Notes: a model not told the origin generated them from the letters alone. 64,000 nucleotides of DNA from an uncultured Bacteroidota bacterium (GCA_964563165.1 CAZLWA010000097.1:71893-135892), one strand, 5' to 3'; positions 38,852 to 49,031 are shown, numbered from the stretch's first letter. Numbers and translations are program-made.

Positions 38852-40777
38852 GTGGCTTCTTTAGTTTTGGTCGACAAGGACAATACCGGTCAGCGTTTCA
38901 TCGTTGAAAAAAACGAAATGACGATCGGCCGCAAACCCGAAAACGATTTTCTTATTTCCAATGTGATGATATCCGGCAAGCACGCGAAAGTAACGAAAAA
39001 TAAAAGTCAATTTTTCATCACCGATCTCAACAGCACCAATGGCACGTTTGTTAACGGCACACGTATCGTGGCACAGACGGAAATCAAGCATAAGGACCGG
39101 ATAAACTTGGGCGCCGTCAACCTGATTTTTCTTGAAGACGACAGCGCCACCATTGAATTCGATAAACTTCAGGGACCGCCGAAAGAAACGCCGTTGATGA
39201 AGCCCGAAGACACAAGCTACGCGACGCAAGTGAATTCGGAAAAATTGGCAGCCATGGTGCAATCGCTGAAGACCATCGTTCTGAGCGGCGCGGCGGACCG
39301 AAACGCGCTCACAAATCAATTCACGGAATTGGAGCACTCCTTTCAGCTGCTCAACAATCAATTGAAAGAATCGGAGAAGTTTCAGCAGAAACTCAACGTG
39401 CTTTACGAAGTCGGTAAAATAATTAACCACATTCTCGACCAGGACGAATTATTAAAGACCATTCTAGATCTGGCGCTGAAAGTAATGAAGGCCGATTGCG
39501 GCTTTATCATGCTTTACAACGATAAGAACGAACTGGAAGCAAAGATTTCCCGCAAGATCGAGGCGGATGAAATCGGCACGTCTTCGGCGACATTCAGCAC
39601 GACGATTTCCAAGCGGGTCGCTGAAACGGCTGAGAGTATCTTGACGTCGGACGCTCAGAATGACGACCGCTTTCAAAGCGGTGCAAGCATTATCTCCCAT
39701 CACATTCGCTCCGTGATCTGCACGCCCATGAAAAATAAGGACCAGAAGATCATTGGCGTGATTTACGTCGGATCCAATGTGATGTCCAACGTGTTCTCCA
39801 AGAGCGACGTGGAATTGCTGGAAGCCTTTTCGAATCACGCGGCCATCTCGATCGAGAACGCCAAGTTGTACGAAGAACGGCGCCGTAAGGAACATCTGAA
39901 GAGCGCGCTGGAACGTTACGTATCCAAGCAAATTGCCGAAGCGATCATTGACAAAGACGGATCCGGCGAAGTTCGCTTTCAGCCGGAAAAAAAACAAGTC
40001 ACGCTCGTTTTCACCGACGTTCGCGGGTTTACAACCCTGGCCGAGGGAATGAGTCCTGAAGATATGGTTGAAATCCTGAACCGGTACTTCACGGAAATGA
40101 TCAAGATCATTTTCAAGTACGGCGGGACCTTGGACAAATTCATCGGCGATGCCATCATGGCGATGTTTGGGGCGCCCGCTTCAACCGGACAGGACGCGCC
40201 GAACGCCGTCATGGCGGCGCTGGAGATGCAGAAGGAACTCATCGTTTTTAATGAAGAACAGAGAAAGTTGAAAAAACCGGCAATAAAAATCGGCATCGGA
40301 ATCAATACGGGTACGGTGGTCGTTGGCAATATCGGATCCGATCAGCGTATGGAATATACGGCCATCGGTGATACGGTGAATTTGGCGTCGCGCCTGGAGG
40401 GAGCCAATAAAGAATACAGTACCAATATCATGATCAGTGAATGGACACTCGAAGCGGTCAGCCGCATTGTGATTACGCGTGAATTGGATCTAATACGCGT
40501 CAAAGGCAAGGAAAAACCTGTTAAAGTATTCGAAGTCCTGGGATCTGCCTCGGACGGCATATCCTCAGATATGAAGAAAACCACCGAGTTATTCAGCCAG
40601 GGTTTAGCCGCTTATCGAAAGCAGAAATGGGATGAGGCGATCGGCCACTTCAATGCCGCCCTGGAAGTCAAGCCGGATGACGGGCCGTCGAAAGTCTATG
40701 TCGAACGCTCCGAAGTATTCAAAAAGAACCCGCCGGCGGGAAAGTGGGACGGCGTATTCACGATGCTCACAAAATAA
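38852..40777 (+). CDS. FHA - coiled-coil - GAF - class III adenylyl cyclase - C-terminal TPR multidomain protein (GTG start)
   Basis: The FHA domain includes …TIGRKPENDFLISNVMISGKHAKV…TDLNSTNGTFVNG. The GAF domain includes LYEVGKIINHILDQDELL…. The cyclase domain has VTLVFTDVRGFT, …LDKFIGDAIMAMFG and …IGDTVNLASRLE. Lys in LDKFIGD occupies the adenine-specifying position. It lies 15 nt after the lipoprotein stop. Confidence 0.8.
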   Translation: MASLVLVDKDNTGQRFIVEKNEMTIGRKPENDFLISNVMISGKHAKVTKNKSQFFITDLNSTNGTFVNGTRIVAQTEIKHKDRINLGAVNLIFLEDDSATIEFDKLQGPPKETPLMKPEDTSYATQVNSEKLAAMVQSLKTIVLSGAADRNALTNQFTELEHSFQLLNNQLKESEKFQQKLNVLYEVGKIINHILDQDELLKTILDLALKVMKADCGFIMLYNDKNELEAKISRKIEADEIGTSSATFSTTISKRVAETAESILTSDAQNDDRFQSGASIISHHIRSVICTPMKNKDQKIIGVIYVGSNVMSNVFSKSDVELLEAFSNHAAISIENAKLYEERRRKEHLKSALERYVSKQIAEAIIDKDGSGEVRFQPEKKQVTLVFTDVRGFTTLAEGMSPEDMVEILNRYFTEMIKIIFKYGGTLDKFIGDAIMAMFGAPASTGQDAPNAVMAALEMQKELIVFNEEQRKLKKPAIKIGIGINTGTVVVGNIGSDQRMEYTAIGDTVNLASRLEGANKEYSTNIMISEWTLEAVSRIVITRELDLIRVKGKEKPVKVFEVLGSASDGISSDMKKTTELFSQGLAAYRKQKWDEAIGHFNAALEVKPDDGPSKVYVERSEVFKKNPPAGKWDGVFTMLTK

Positions 40778-40885
40778 CCTTACCCATTTCCGGATTCCTC
40801 TTTTTTCGTCTATTGATTCTTGCTTCCAAATCCACTATTTTCCGGACACACTCACTCTTTGCTTTCTCACTTTTTTGAAAGCCAT

Positions 40886-42106
40886 CCGATGAATCTGGAT
40901 GATCTCATTTATGATTGGAATCAGGAAGCCAATCGCGCGCATAAGCCTCCGCAGGCTTTTGAGCTGAATGACGAAACCCTGCGAGACGGACTGCAATCGC
41001 CTTCCGTCAACACGCCGACGCTTCCTCAAAAAATTGAGATATTGCATGCCATGGAACAATTGGGTATTCACGCCGCGGATATCGGATTGCCCGGAGCGGG
41101 CCCGCACGTACTTGAACACGTCGTTGCTTTGGCCAAAGAAATTGTTCAAAATAAATTCAAAATACAGCCGAACTGCGCCGCCCGCACGTTGAAAGCAGAT
41201 ATCGATCCGGTCATCGAAGCGTCTCAAAAAGCGGGCATTTCCATCCAGGTCTGCACTTTCATCGGCTCGAGCCCGATTCGTCAATACGCCGAAGGATGGA
41301 CGATAGATCAACTGCTCGCATTTACCGAAAGCGCCGTGTCGCACGCGGTAAAAAATAACCTGGACGTGATGTACGTGACCGAAGACACTACCCGCGCCCA
41401 TCCCGACGATATTCGCAGACTGTATCTTACGGCGATCCGGGCTGGAGCAAAGCGGGTCTGCCTTGCGGATACCGTGGGCAACGCCACGCCGGAAGGCGTG
41501 CGCCGCCTTGTTGATTACATGAAAGAAGTTGTGACGGAAAGCGGCGAAGCCGTCAAGATAGACTGGCACGGGCACAACGACCGCGGTCTCGCCGTTGCCA
41601 ACGCGATCGCGGCTTTACAGGCGGGTGCACACCGTATTCATGGCACCGGCATCGGCATCGGCGAGCGCATCGGAAATGTGCAGATGGATCAATTGATGGT
41701 CAATTTGAAACTCAAAGGGTGGATCGACAATGACCTGACGATGCTGCCCGTTTACTGCAAGAAAATTTCTGACTACACGGGCATTGCCATCCCGTGGAAT
41801 TATCCGATCTTCGGGCGCGATGCCTTTCGCACCGGCACGGGCGTTCACGCTTCCGCCATTTTGAAATCTTTGAACAAAGGAGACATGGATTTGGTAGACC
41901 GCGTGTATTCCAGCGTGCCTGCAAGCATGTTCGGGCTCGAACAAGTAGTGGAGATCGGTCCGCTCAGCGGCGAATCCAATGTCATCTATTGGCTCAAAAA
42001 GCGCAAGATCGAACCGCGCGATGAATTGGTAAAAAAGATCTTCGAGGCCGCTAAAAAATCAACGACGGTACTCTCCGACGAGCAAGTCTTCAGTTTGTGT
42101 AAATAA
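40886..42106 (+). CDS. 2-isopropylmalate / homocitrate / citramalate synthase family protein (HMGL-like TIM barrel), short form
   Basis: It has ETLRDGLQSP (compare TLRDGEQ) and HGHNDRGLAVANAIAALQAGA (the HxH…N metal site). The track ORF starts upstream, but MNLDDL at about 40886 is the likely start. Confidence 0.55.
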   Translation, partial: PMNLDDLIYDWNQEANRAHKPPQAFELNDETLRDGLQSPSVNTPTLPQKIEILHAMEQLGIHAADIGLPGAGPHVLEHVVALAKEIVQNKFKIQPNCAARTLKADIDPVIEASQKAGISIQVCTFIGSSPIRQYAEGWTIDQLLAFTESAVSHAVKNNLDVMYVTEDTTRAHPDDIRRLYLTAIRAGAKRVCLADTVGNATPEGVRRLVDYMKEVVTESGEAVKIDWHGHNDRGLAVANAIAALQAGAHRIHGTGIGIGERIGNVQMDQLMVNLKLKGWIDNDLTMLPVYCKKISDYTGIAIPWNYPIFGRDAFRTGTGVHASAILKSLNKGDMDLVDRVYSSVPASMFGLEQVVEIGPLSGESNVIYWLKKRKIEPRDELVKKIFEAAKKSTTVLSDEQVFSLCK

Positions 42107-42115
42107 AGGAACGGC

Positions 42116-43774
42116 ATGAAACTGCTTATGGCGCTGCTGGTTGTCGGATTCCTTAGTACAGACGAATCGGCTCATTCTCAAGACAAAAAGTACTGGATCT
42201 TTTTTCGCGATAAAGAAATTGACAAACCTTCCGAATTAAATCTTTCCAAAAGAACCCTCCAGCGCCGTTTGAAAGCAACGTCACCGGTCTCGGACGATTA
42301 CGACATTCCGGTCTCTCGTTCCTACATCGAGAAGATCCGCGCGATGAATGTTTCCGTGCACCATCAATCACGATGGCTCAATGCGGTGAGCGTGAACATG
42401 AACGATGAGCAGAGATCAGCGGTCATGCAATTGCCATTTGTGAAAGCGGTTAGGACGGTTGCGCGGGCGTTGAAAAATAAAACAGCAAAAATAAGCCGCG
42501 CCGTAAATCGTGGTTCATCCGTGGCCGTTCCGGATTACGGGTTCTCTCTTGTTCAAAACAAGATGATCAATACGGTTGCCGCGCATCAAATGGGGTACAG
42601 CGGCGTAGGTGTTGTCATCGGTATGATGGATACCGGATTTAATCTGGATCACAAAGCCCTTCGCTATATTCACGTCTCGGGTCAGTACGATTTTGTCGAT
42701 CAGGACACCATTGTTTCAGAAGGAATTCCGGGCGATAAACAGCGTCACAGTCACGGCACGCAGGTACTATCGGCGATAGCCGCCTATGATAATGGAAATT
42801 CTATCGGAACGGCTTTCGGGGCGTCGTATCTGTTAGCGCGCACCGAAAACGACGACGGCATAGGACAAAAGGCGGAAGAAGATCAATGGATAGCGGGATT
42901 GGAATGGCTTGAACAACAAGGCGCGGATATCGTCAGCAGCTCGATCAGTTTTTTCGACGATTTCCAAAATGCGTCCGACAATTATCATCTTTCCGATCTC
43001 GACGGTTCTACCGCACTCACAACCATTGCGACTGCCATCGCGTTTGACAAGGGCGTTCTCGTTCTCAATTCCGCCGGCAATATGGGTGACCGCGGGCCTA
43101 AATATTTAGGTACCCCTTCGGACGGAAAAAAAATGATCGCCGTGGGCGCCGTTTACAGCGACAGCACGGTCACCGACTTCAGCTCCCGCGGGCCCACAGC
43201 CGACGGCAGAAAAAAACCGGACCTTGCGGCCCTGGGTTCCAGCGTTGCCGTCGTGGATGCGGGTGATACCTCGGCGTATTCTTTCGAAGCCGGCACGTCG
43301 TTGTCTGCGCCGCTGGTTGCCGGACTGGCGGCATTGGTCCTGGAAGCTCATCCGGCATGGTCTGCGAGACAACTGTATAATGCAATCCGGAAAACTTCCA
43401 GCCGGGGTTCGCATCCGGATAACCTCATCGGGTACGGCATTCCTGACGCCGTCAAGGCCATTAATTATCTTTCATACAACCATTCAAATATTCAAATCCA
43501 GGATATCAGCAATTTTCCAAACCCGGGCAGCGAAACAATCTCTATTCAATTCAGATCGCTTTTGACAGCCGCATTTTCAATTCAAATCTACAACGCACTC
43601 GGACAATTAGTTGCGACCCTTGCAAAAAATGAACCGGCAGTAATAAATCAGACCATACGTAAAGTTTGGAGCGGAAGGAATGATCAGGGTATGAAGGTAA
43701 GTTCAGGAGTCTATTTCTATCAGATCACGATGGCCGGAGAGTCTATCACACAGAAAATTCTATTGGTGAAGTGA
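42116..43774 (+). CDS. subtilisin-like serine peptidase (S8) with a type IX secretion system C-terminal sorting domain
   Basis: It has a signal peptide. The catalytic motifs are D (MMDTGFNLDH), H (HGTQV) and S (GTSLSAPLVAG). The C-terminal ~80 aa (…NFPNPGSETISIQF…SGVYFYQITMAGESITQKILLVK) resemble a Por/T9SS CTD. Confidence 0.8.
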   Translation: MKLLMALLVVGFLSTDESAHSQDKKYWIFFRDKEIDKPSELNLSKRTLQRRLKATSPVSDDYDIPVSRSYIEKIRAMNVSVHHQSRWLNAVSVNMNDEQRSAVMQLPFVKAVRTVARALKNKTAKISRAVNRGSSVAVPDYGFSLVQNKMINTVAAHQMGYSGVGVVIGMMDTGFNLDHKALRYIHVSGQYDFVDQDTIVSEGIPGDKQRHSHGTQVLSAIAAYDNGNSIGTAFGASYLLARTENDDGIGQKAEEDQWIAGLEWLEQQGADIVSSSISFFDDFQNASDNYHLSDLDGSTALTTIATAIAFDKGVLVLNSAGNMGDRGPKYLGTPSDGKKMIAVGAVYSDSTVTDFSSRGPTADGRKKPDLAALGSSVAVVDAGDTSAYSFEAGTSLSAPLVAGLAALVLEAHPAWSARQLYNAIRKTSSRGSHPDNLIGYGIPDAVKAINYLSYNHSNIQIQDISNFPNPGSETISIQFRSLLTAAFSIQIYNALGQLVATLAKNEPAVINQTIRKVWSGRNDQGMKVSSGVYFYQITMAGESITQKILLVK

Positions 43775-43810
43775 ACCCTGCTTCCCCTTGAAGGGAATCG
43801 GGAAGAAACA

Positions 43811-44947
43811 TTACTTCATCTTCGCAATACAGTTTTTCAGCGTTTCCAGTATCACAGGAATATCTTCTTCTTTCGACGATCTTCCTAATGTTAGTCGAAT
43901 GGCGCCTCCCCGGACCCCGTCTTCCAACTTCATCGCCGTCAGCACATGTGAAGAAGATACCGCGCCGGACGTGCAGGCAGAACCTGTCGAAACCGCAATG
44001 CCGCCGAGATCGAGCAGCATTAATATTTCATCGCCCATGAGCCCTTTAAAAGAAATATTCAAATGCCCCGGCAAACGATTCTCCGGATGACCGTTTAATA
44101 CAGCAATGGAAATTTCCCGACGGATCGCCTGCCAAAGTTTTTCGTGCAGTGTGCGGAGCCGTTTCATCTCCGGTTCCAGACTCTCGCGGCACAATTCCGC
44201 CGCTTTGCCGAAACCAACAATACCGGCGACGTTCTCCGTTCCGGCACGCTGTCCCCTTTCCTGCGAACCGCCATAAATCTGCGGATGTAATTTCACGCCC
44301 CGGCGCACGAACAAAGCGCCAACCCCCTTCGGTCCGTAAATCTTATGAGCAGACGTCGAAACCAGATCAACGGACATGGCGTTCACATCCATAGGAATTT
44401 TTCCAAAACTCTGCACGGCATCCGTATGAAATAGAATGCCCCGCTGCCGGGCTATGGCGCCAATTTCATTTATAGGATTAATCGTTCCAACCTCGTTGTT
44501 GGCATGAATGATCGAGATCAATGCGGTATCCGGCCGGATCGCTTTTTCAATCGTCTCAGGATGAATCATTCCGTAGGGATCGCATTCGACTGCGGTTACG
44601 CTGAATCCATTTTCTTGCAGTACGTCAAACGAATGAAGAACAGCATGATGCTCTGTCCCGCTTGTGATGACGTGCTTTCCGCGTCCATTCGGCGCATGGA
44701 CGGCGCCGAAAATGGCCAAATTGTCCGCTTCCGTCCCTCCGGCTGTAAAAACAATTTCTCCCGCACTCGCATGTAGGACGCTGGCAATTTTTTCACGCGC
44801 CTCTTCCAAAGCGACCTTTGCCGTCCTGCCGAATCCGTGAATACTGGACGGATTTCCGAAGTCCTCGCTTAAAAAAGGAAGCATCGCATCCAGGACGCGT
44901 TTATCAACGGGCGTGGTTGCACTGTGATCTAGATAAAGCCTTTTCAT
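43811..44947 (-). CDS. cysteine desulfurase (NifS/IscS, class V aminotransferase)
   Basis: It starts MKRLYLDHSATTPVDKRVLDAM and has the PLP-lysine motif SAHKIYGPKGVGALF and an active-site Cys in …GSACTSG…. Confidence 0.8.
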   Translation of the reverse strand: MKRLYLDHSATTPVDKRVLDAMLPFLSEDFGNPSSIHGFGRTAKVALEEAREKIASVLHASAGEIVFTAGGTEADNLAIFGAVHAPNGRGKHVITSGTEHHAVLHSFDVLQENGFSVTAVECDPYGMIHPETIEKAIRPDTALISIIHANNEVGTINPINEIGAIARQRGILFHTDAVQSFGKIPMDVNAMSVDLVSTSAHKIYGPKGVGALFVRRGVKLHPQIYGGSQERGQRAGTENVAGIVGFGKAAELCRESLEPEMKRLRTLHEKLWQAIRREISIAVLNGHPENRLPGHLNISFKGLMGDEILMLLDLGGIAVSTGSACTSGAVSSSHVLTAMKLEDGVRGGAIRLTLGRSSKEEDIPVILETLKNCIAKMK

Positions 44948-45033
44948 ATGTTGCTGTAATGGTGATGAAGCTCGTCAAAGGGCATATTTTTACCGCGGCT
45001 AAAATAGTCAAATTTACATGGGATGTCAACAAT

Positions 45034-46170
45034 TCAATGTGTGTAAAGTCTCGGCACGCGGGCATTGATCATGCAGGTGATTTCATACGGAATCGTTCCG
45101 ATCTTTTCAGCTACTTCCGTCGCGGTAATCTCTTCCTGTCCCATTTTTCCGATCAACACTACTTCATCGCCGATCTCGACCTTATCGTCGCCGGTATTGA
45201 CCATCAATTGATCCATACACACGGCGCCGACAACCGGATAGCGTTTCCCCCGGATCAGAACTTCTCCTTTATTGGTGAGCAACCGTGAATAACCGTCGCC
45301 GTAACCGATAGGCACTGTAATGATGTTGGAGTCTCTCGCGGTGTAATATTTTAAACCATAGCTGATGCCCGTATTGGCAGGAACGCGCTTGATGAAAACA
45401 ACTTTCGATTTCAGGGACATTGCCGGCTTCAATTGCAGTGATTTTGAAACATGAGCCGATGGATAAATTCCATATAAGGAGATCCCCGGCCTGACCATGT
45501 CAAACGTAGCCTGATGAATGTCTGAGATCGCACCGCTATTGGCAATATGTTTCAATGGGATTTCAATGCCGCTTTTCTTCAGTTCGGAAACGATCGCGTC
45601 AAATCTTTCCAGCTGCGTATGCGTGAATGCCTTGTCGCCTTCGTCGGCCGTTGCAAAGTGTGAATATAGACCCACAATCTCGATATGTTTCATTAGTGCC
45701 ACGCGTTTAACGAATTCGACGGCGAACTTGTGCGTCACCCCGATCCGCTCCATGCCGGTATCTATTTTCAGATGAACGCGTGCTTTTTGATTGGTTAATT
45801 CGTCGTTAATATGCCTGGCGAGTTCCAAAGAGGAAATAGTGATTTCGAGATCGTTTTGAGTAAATTTTTTCAACTGATATCCGAGAATGCCGCCCATCAC
45901 GAGTATCGGCGCCTCGATGTCATTTTGCCTTAAGAAAATGCCTTCTTCCAAAAACCCCACACCGATATATTCGACGCCGTTCTTAACAACCGTCTGTGTC
46001 ACCTCCAAAATGCCGTGTCCGTAAGCATTGGCCTTAACGATCGCCATGATCTTCTTGTGGGCGATCTTCGAACGGATTTGCTGAATATTGTAAGCGATGG
46101 CGGACAGGTCAATGACGGCGTGCGTGGGTCGAATTTCCTTTAATATTTGAAAAAGACCGGTACTGTCCAT
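45034..46170 (-). CDS. alr: alanine racemase
   Basis: It has the PLP-lysine motif AIVKANAYGHG, an N-terminal TIM barrel and a C-terminal beta domain. The ORF is 378 aa. Confidence 0.85.
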   Translation of the reverse strand: MDSTGLFQILKEIRPTHAVIDLSAIAYNIQQIRSKIAHKKIMAIVKANAYGHGILEVTQTVVKNGVEYIGVGFLEEGIFLRQNDIEAPILVMGGILGYQLKKFTQNDLEITISSLELARHINDELTNQKARVHLKIDTGMERIGVTHKFAVEFVKRVALMKHIEIVGLYSHFATADEGDKAFTHTQLERFDAIVSELKKSGIEIPLKHIANSGAISDIHQATFDMVRPGISLYGIYPSAHVSKSLQLKPAMSLKSKVVFIKRVPANTGISYGLKYYTARDSNIITVPIGYGDGYSRLLTNKGEVLIRGKRYPVVGAVCMDQLMVNTGDDKVEIGDEVVLIGKMGQEEITATEVAEKIGTIPYEITCMINARVPRLYTH

Positions 46171-46261
46171 TTTTAAGCTGTGTTAGCCACAGAGATCACA
46201 GAGACAAATTAAGGACAGAAAACCTCTGTGTCTCTGTGACTCCGTGTTAAAGGAAGATTGT

Positions 46262-47083
46262 TTAAATTTGCCTGATAATTTCCGAGATCAATTTCTGAAA
46301 GTCATCTTTAACCCGATTTGCCGTTACGGTCACTTCTTCGTGGCTCAGCGGCGTTGAACTGATCCCCGTTCCTAAATTGGTTATGCAGCTGATGCCCAGC
46401 ACGCGCATGCCCTGATGCTTTGCAACAATGACTTCCGGAACCGTAGACATTCCTACGGCATCGGCCCCCATTCTTTGAAACATTTTCACTTCGGCGCGGG
46501 TTTCGTACGTCGGACCGGAACCGGCGCAATAAACGCCCCGCTGGGTTCTGATCCCGTATTCGAGCGCGGTGTTTTCCGCCAATCGGATATATTCGCGGTC
46601 GTAATCGCTTTCCATATCGGGAAAACGCGGACCGAACGATTCATCGTTAACGCCCTGGAGCGGGTTGGCAAACAAATGGTTGATATGGCTTGTGATGATC
46701 ATCAGGTCGCCGGGAGCAAAATTCGTATTGACCCCGCCGGCTGCGTTGGTCACGATCAGCGATCGGACGCCGAGCACATGCATCAGTCTCACCACATACG
46801 TGACCTCCTGCATGGAGTAGCCTTCGTAGTAATGCACACGGCCTTTCACGGCAAGAACATCTTTACCGTGCAATTTTCCAAAAACCAATGTTCCTTCATG
46901 TCCTTCCACGGTGGACTTGGCGTAATGAGGAATTTCGGATGTCGGAATTTCCGTACGGCTTTCCAACGTTCCGGCAAACGATCCCAAGCCGGATCCGAGA
47001 ATAATTCCGATCGAAGGCTTTGCAGGCGTTTTTTTCCGGATCCATTCAAGCGATTCTTTGGCGTTTTCTTCTAAGGCGGACAT
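46262..47083 (-). CDS. purine nucleoside phosphorylase (trimeric PNP/MTAP family)
   Basis: It has …IGIILGSGLG… and …VTNAAGG… motifs. The ORF is 273 aa. Confidence 0.8.
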   Translation of the reverse strand: MSALEENAKESLEWIRKKTPAKPSIGIILGSGLGSFAGTLESRTEIPTSEIPHYAKSTVEGHEGTLVFGKLHGKDVLAVKGRVHYYEGYSMQEVTYVVRLMHVLGVRSLIVTNAAGGVNTNFAPGDLMIITSHINHLFANPLQGVNDESFGPRFPDMESDYDREYIRLAENTALEYGIRTQRGVYCAGSGPTYETRAEVKMFQRMGADAVGMSTVPEVIVAKHQGMRVLGISCITNLGTGISSTPLSHEEVTVTANRVKDDFQKLISEIIRQI

Positions 47084-47095
47084 CCGTCAAATCAA

Positions 47096-48289
47096 TTAAG
47101 TGAACAACTTGATCACATCAAAAATCAGTTTCGGCCTGGCTTTCAAAGCCGCTTTGAATATACGCATCAGGCTGCGCTCGGGCATCGGGATCTTGAGAAC
47201 TTCTTTTGCCAATTTATTCAATTGCTCGTCGGTAAAGTCGAACACCGCTTCTTTGATCCTGTAAAACCGTTCGTGATCTTTGCCGATCGATTTACCCCAC
47301 TCTTTATCGTATTCCGACAGCCGCGCCGCAGAAAAATTCTTATCCTGTACGGCTCCCGCCGCAACTTTTCCAGCGACCATACCGGCATACATTCCCGACA
47401 CGATGCCGCCGCCGGAGATCGGATTCACCTGATGCGCCGCATCACCGACGAGCATATATCCTTCGCCCGAAATCTGCTTCCGCGTAAGCGCGCACGGTAC
47501 CCCACCGCAAAGGGTAGATAGAACGGGTTTTCCGGAAAAACGCTCCTCAACAAAATCCTTGAGATAGCTCAGCGCCGAACGTTTGCCCGCATATTCGCCC
47601 GAGATGCCGATGCCGACATTCGCCGTACGATTACCTTTCGGAAAAATCCAAAGATAGCCTCCCGGAACTTTCTTGTTAGAAAACACAAATTCACACGTAT
47701 CCTGATCCACGTTCAGGTCCGCAATGGTAAATTGTGCGCACGCCTCCATATCCCGCATTTTCGTAAACGTATTCTGCCCCGCCCAGCGGCCCACGCGCGT
47801 CTCGACGCCGTCGGCGCCGATCACGATCCCCGAGCGCACTTCAACGTTATCGCCCATGTGTTTCATCTTCACGCCGAGAACTTTTCCATTGTCATCTTTG
47901 ATCAAATCCGTCACGTAAGCTTTGGTGACCACTTCCGCACCGTCTTTTGCGGCAAGGTTGGCAAGTTCATAATCGAATACTTTTCGGTCGAGGCAATAAC
48001 CGCAATCACCCCAGCGCGCATCGACCGGCGATCCGTCGGGAGCAACCAATCGAAATCCCGTGATCGTCGCGGCGATCCATGACGCAGGAATATTTTGACC
48101 GAGAATGCGATGCAATCCCTTCGCTCCTACGCCCTCCGCACATCGCACCGGTACGCCTACTTCACGGTCCTTTTCCAGCAACAGGACTTTCGCACCGTTT
48201 TGAGCCGCGAATTTGGCCGCCGTACTACCCGCCGGCCCTGCACCTACGATTATTATGTCATAGTAATCTTTTTTGATCATGGTCACCAA
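47096..48289 (-). CDS. geranylgeranyl reductase family FAD-dependent oxidoreductase
   Basis: It starts YDIIIVGAGPAGSTAAKFAAQNGAKVLLLEKDREVGVPVRCAEGVG, the GGR-family N-terminus. The ORF is 397 aa. Confidence 0.7.
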   Translation of the reverse strand: MVTMIKKDYYDIIIVGAGPAGSTAAKFAAQNGAKVLLLEKDREVGVPVRCAEGVGAKGLHRILGQNIPASWIAATITGFRLVAPDGSPVDARWGDCGYCLDRKVFDYELANLAAKDGAEVVTKAYVTDLIKDDNGKVLGVKMKHMGDNVEVRSGIVIGADGVETRVGRWAGQNTFTKMRDMEACAQFTIADLNVDQDTCEFVFSNKKVPGGYLWIFPKGNRTANVGIGISGEYAGKRSALSYLKDFVEERFSGKPVLSTLCGGVPCALTRKQISGEGYMLVGDAAHQVNPISGGGIVSGMYAGMVAGKVAAGAVQDKNFSAARLSEYDKEWGKSIGKDHERFYRIKEAVFDFTDEQLNKLAKEVLKIPMPERSLMRIFKAALKARPKLIFDVIKLFT

Positions 48290-48300
48290 GTAAATTGGCG

Positions 48301-48370
48301 AATTACAAATTACGAATTAGGAATTAAGAATGATCCCTAAAATTCGTAATTCTTAATTCGTAATTCTTAA
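48301..48370. repeat. AT-rich inverted-repeat element, family member 2
   Basis: AATTACAAATTACGAATTAGGAATTAAGAAT…ATTCGTAATTCTTAATTCGTAATTCTTAATT. It lies between the recR stop and the upstream gene start. Confidence 0.75.
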
Positions 48371-48976
48371 TTAGATAGTTACTCTTCCTTCCATCGCCCG
48401 GGTCAGTGTGGTCATATCGGCGAATTCCAGATCGCTTCCGATCGGGATGCCCCGCGCTATTCTGGAGATCTTCATGCCGTGGAGTTTTTCGGCGATATAC
48501 ATGACCGTGGCGTCGCCAGGAACATTGGGATTGATTGCAAAAATGACTTCTTTTACGTCCTTATTTATCCTCTCGATCAACTCCCGGATTTTCAGATCTT
48601 CCGGGCCGACTCCTTCGAGCGGATTCAAAAGTCCGCCAAGCACATGATACACACCGCGAAACTGGTCAATACGCTCGAGCGCAAGCACATCGTTAGCTTC
48701 TTCCACAACGCAAATCGTCTGATGATCACGCTTGGAATTAGTGCAAATAATACAAGGATCGCCCTCCGTAACATTAAAGCATATCGAGCAGCGTCTGATT
48801 CTTTCCATCAAATTAACCAGCGCTTTGGAAAGGGTCAATACGTCTTCTTTTGGCTGCTTCAATAGGTGGAATGCCAATCTCTGAGCGGTTTTACGGCCGA
48901 TGCTCGGAAGCTTCGACAGTTCATTGATCAGCTGTTCTAACGATTCAGATGTATATTGCATAATTTCCAGCCACAC
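48371..48976 (-). CDS. recR: recombination protein RecR
   Basis: It has an N-terminal HhH, the C4 zinc finger CSICFNV…CIIC, and a Toprim domain. The ORF is 201 aa. Confidence 0.9.
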   Translation of the reverse strand: MWLEIMQYTSESLEQLINELSKLPSIGRKTAQRLAFHLLKQPKEDVLTLSKALVNLMERIRRCSICFNVTEGDPCIICTNSKRDHQTICVVEEANDVLALERIDQFRGVYHVLGGLLNPLEGVGPEDLKIRELIERINKDVKEVIFAINPNVPGDATVMYIAEKLHGMKISRIARGIPIGSDLEFADMTTLTRAMEGRVTI

Positions 48977-49031
48977 TGTCCCTAAGAGACTAACAAACTC
49001 TCGAGTCTTCGTGTCTTAGCGGTAAATATTT

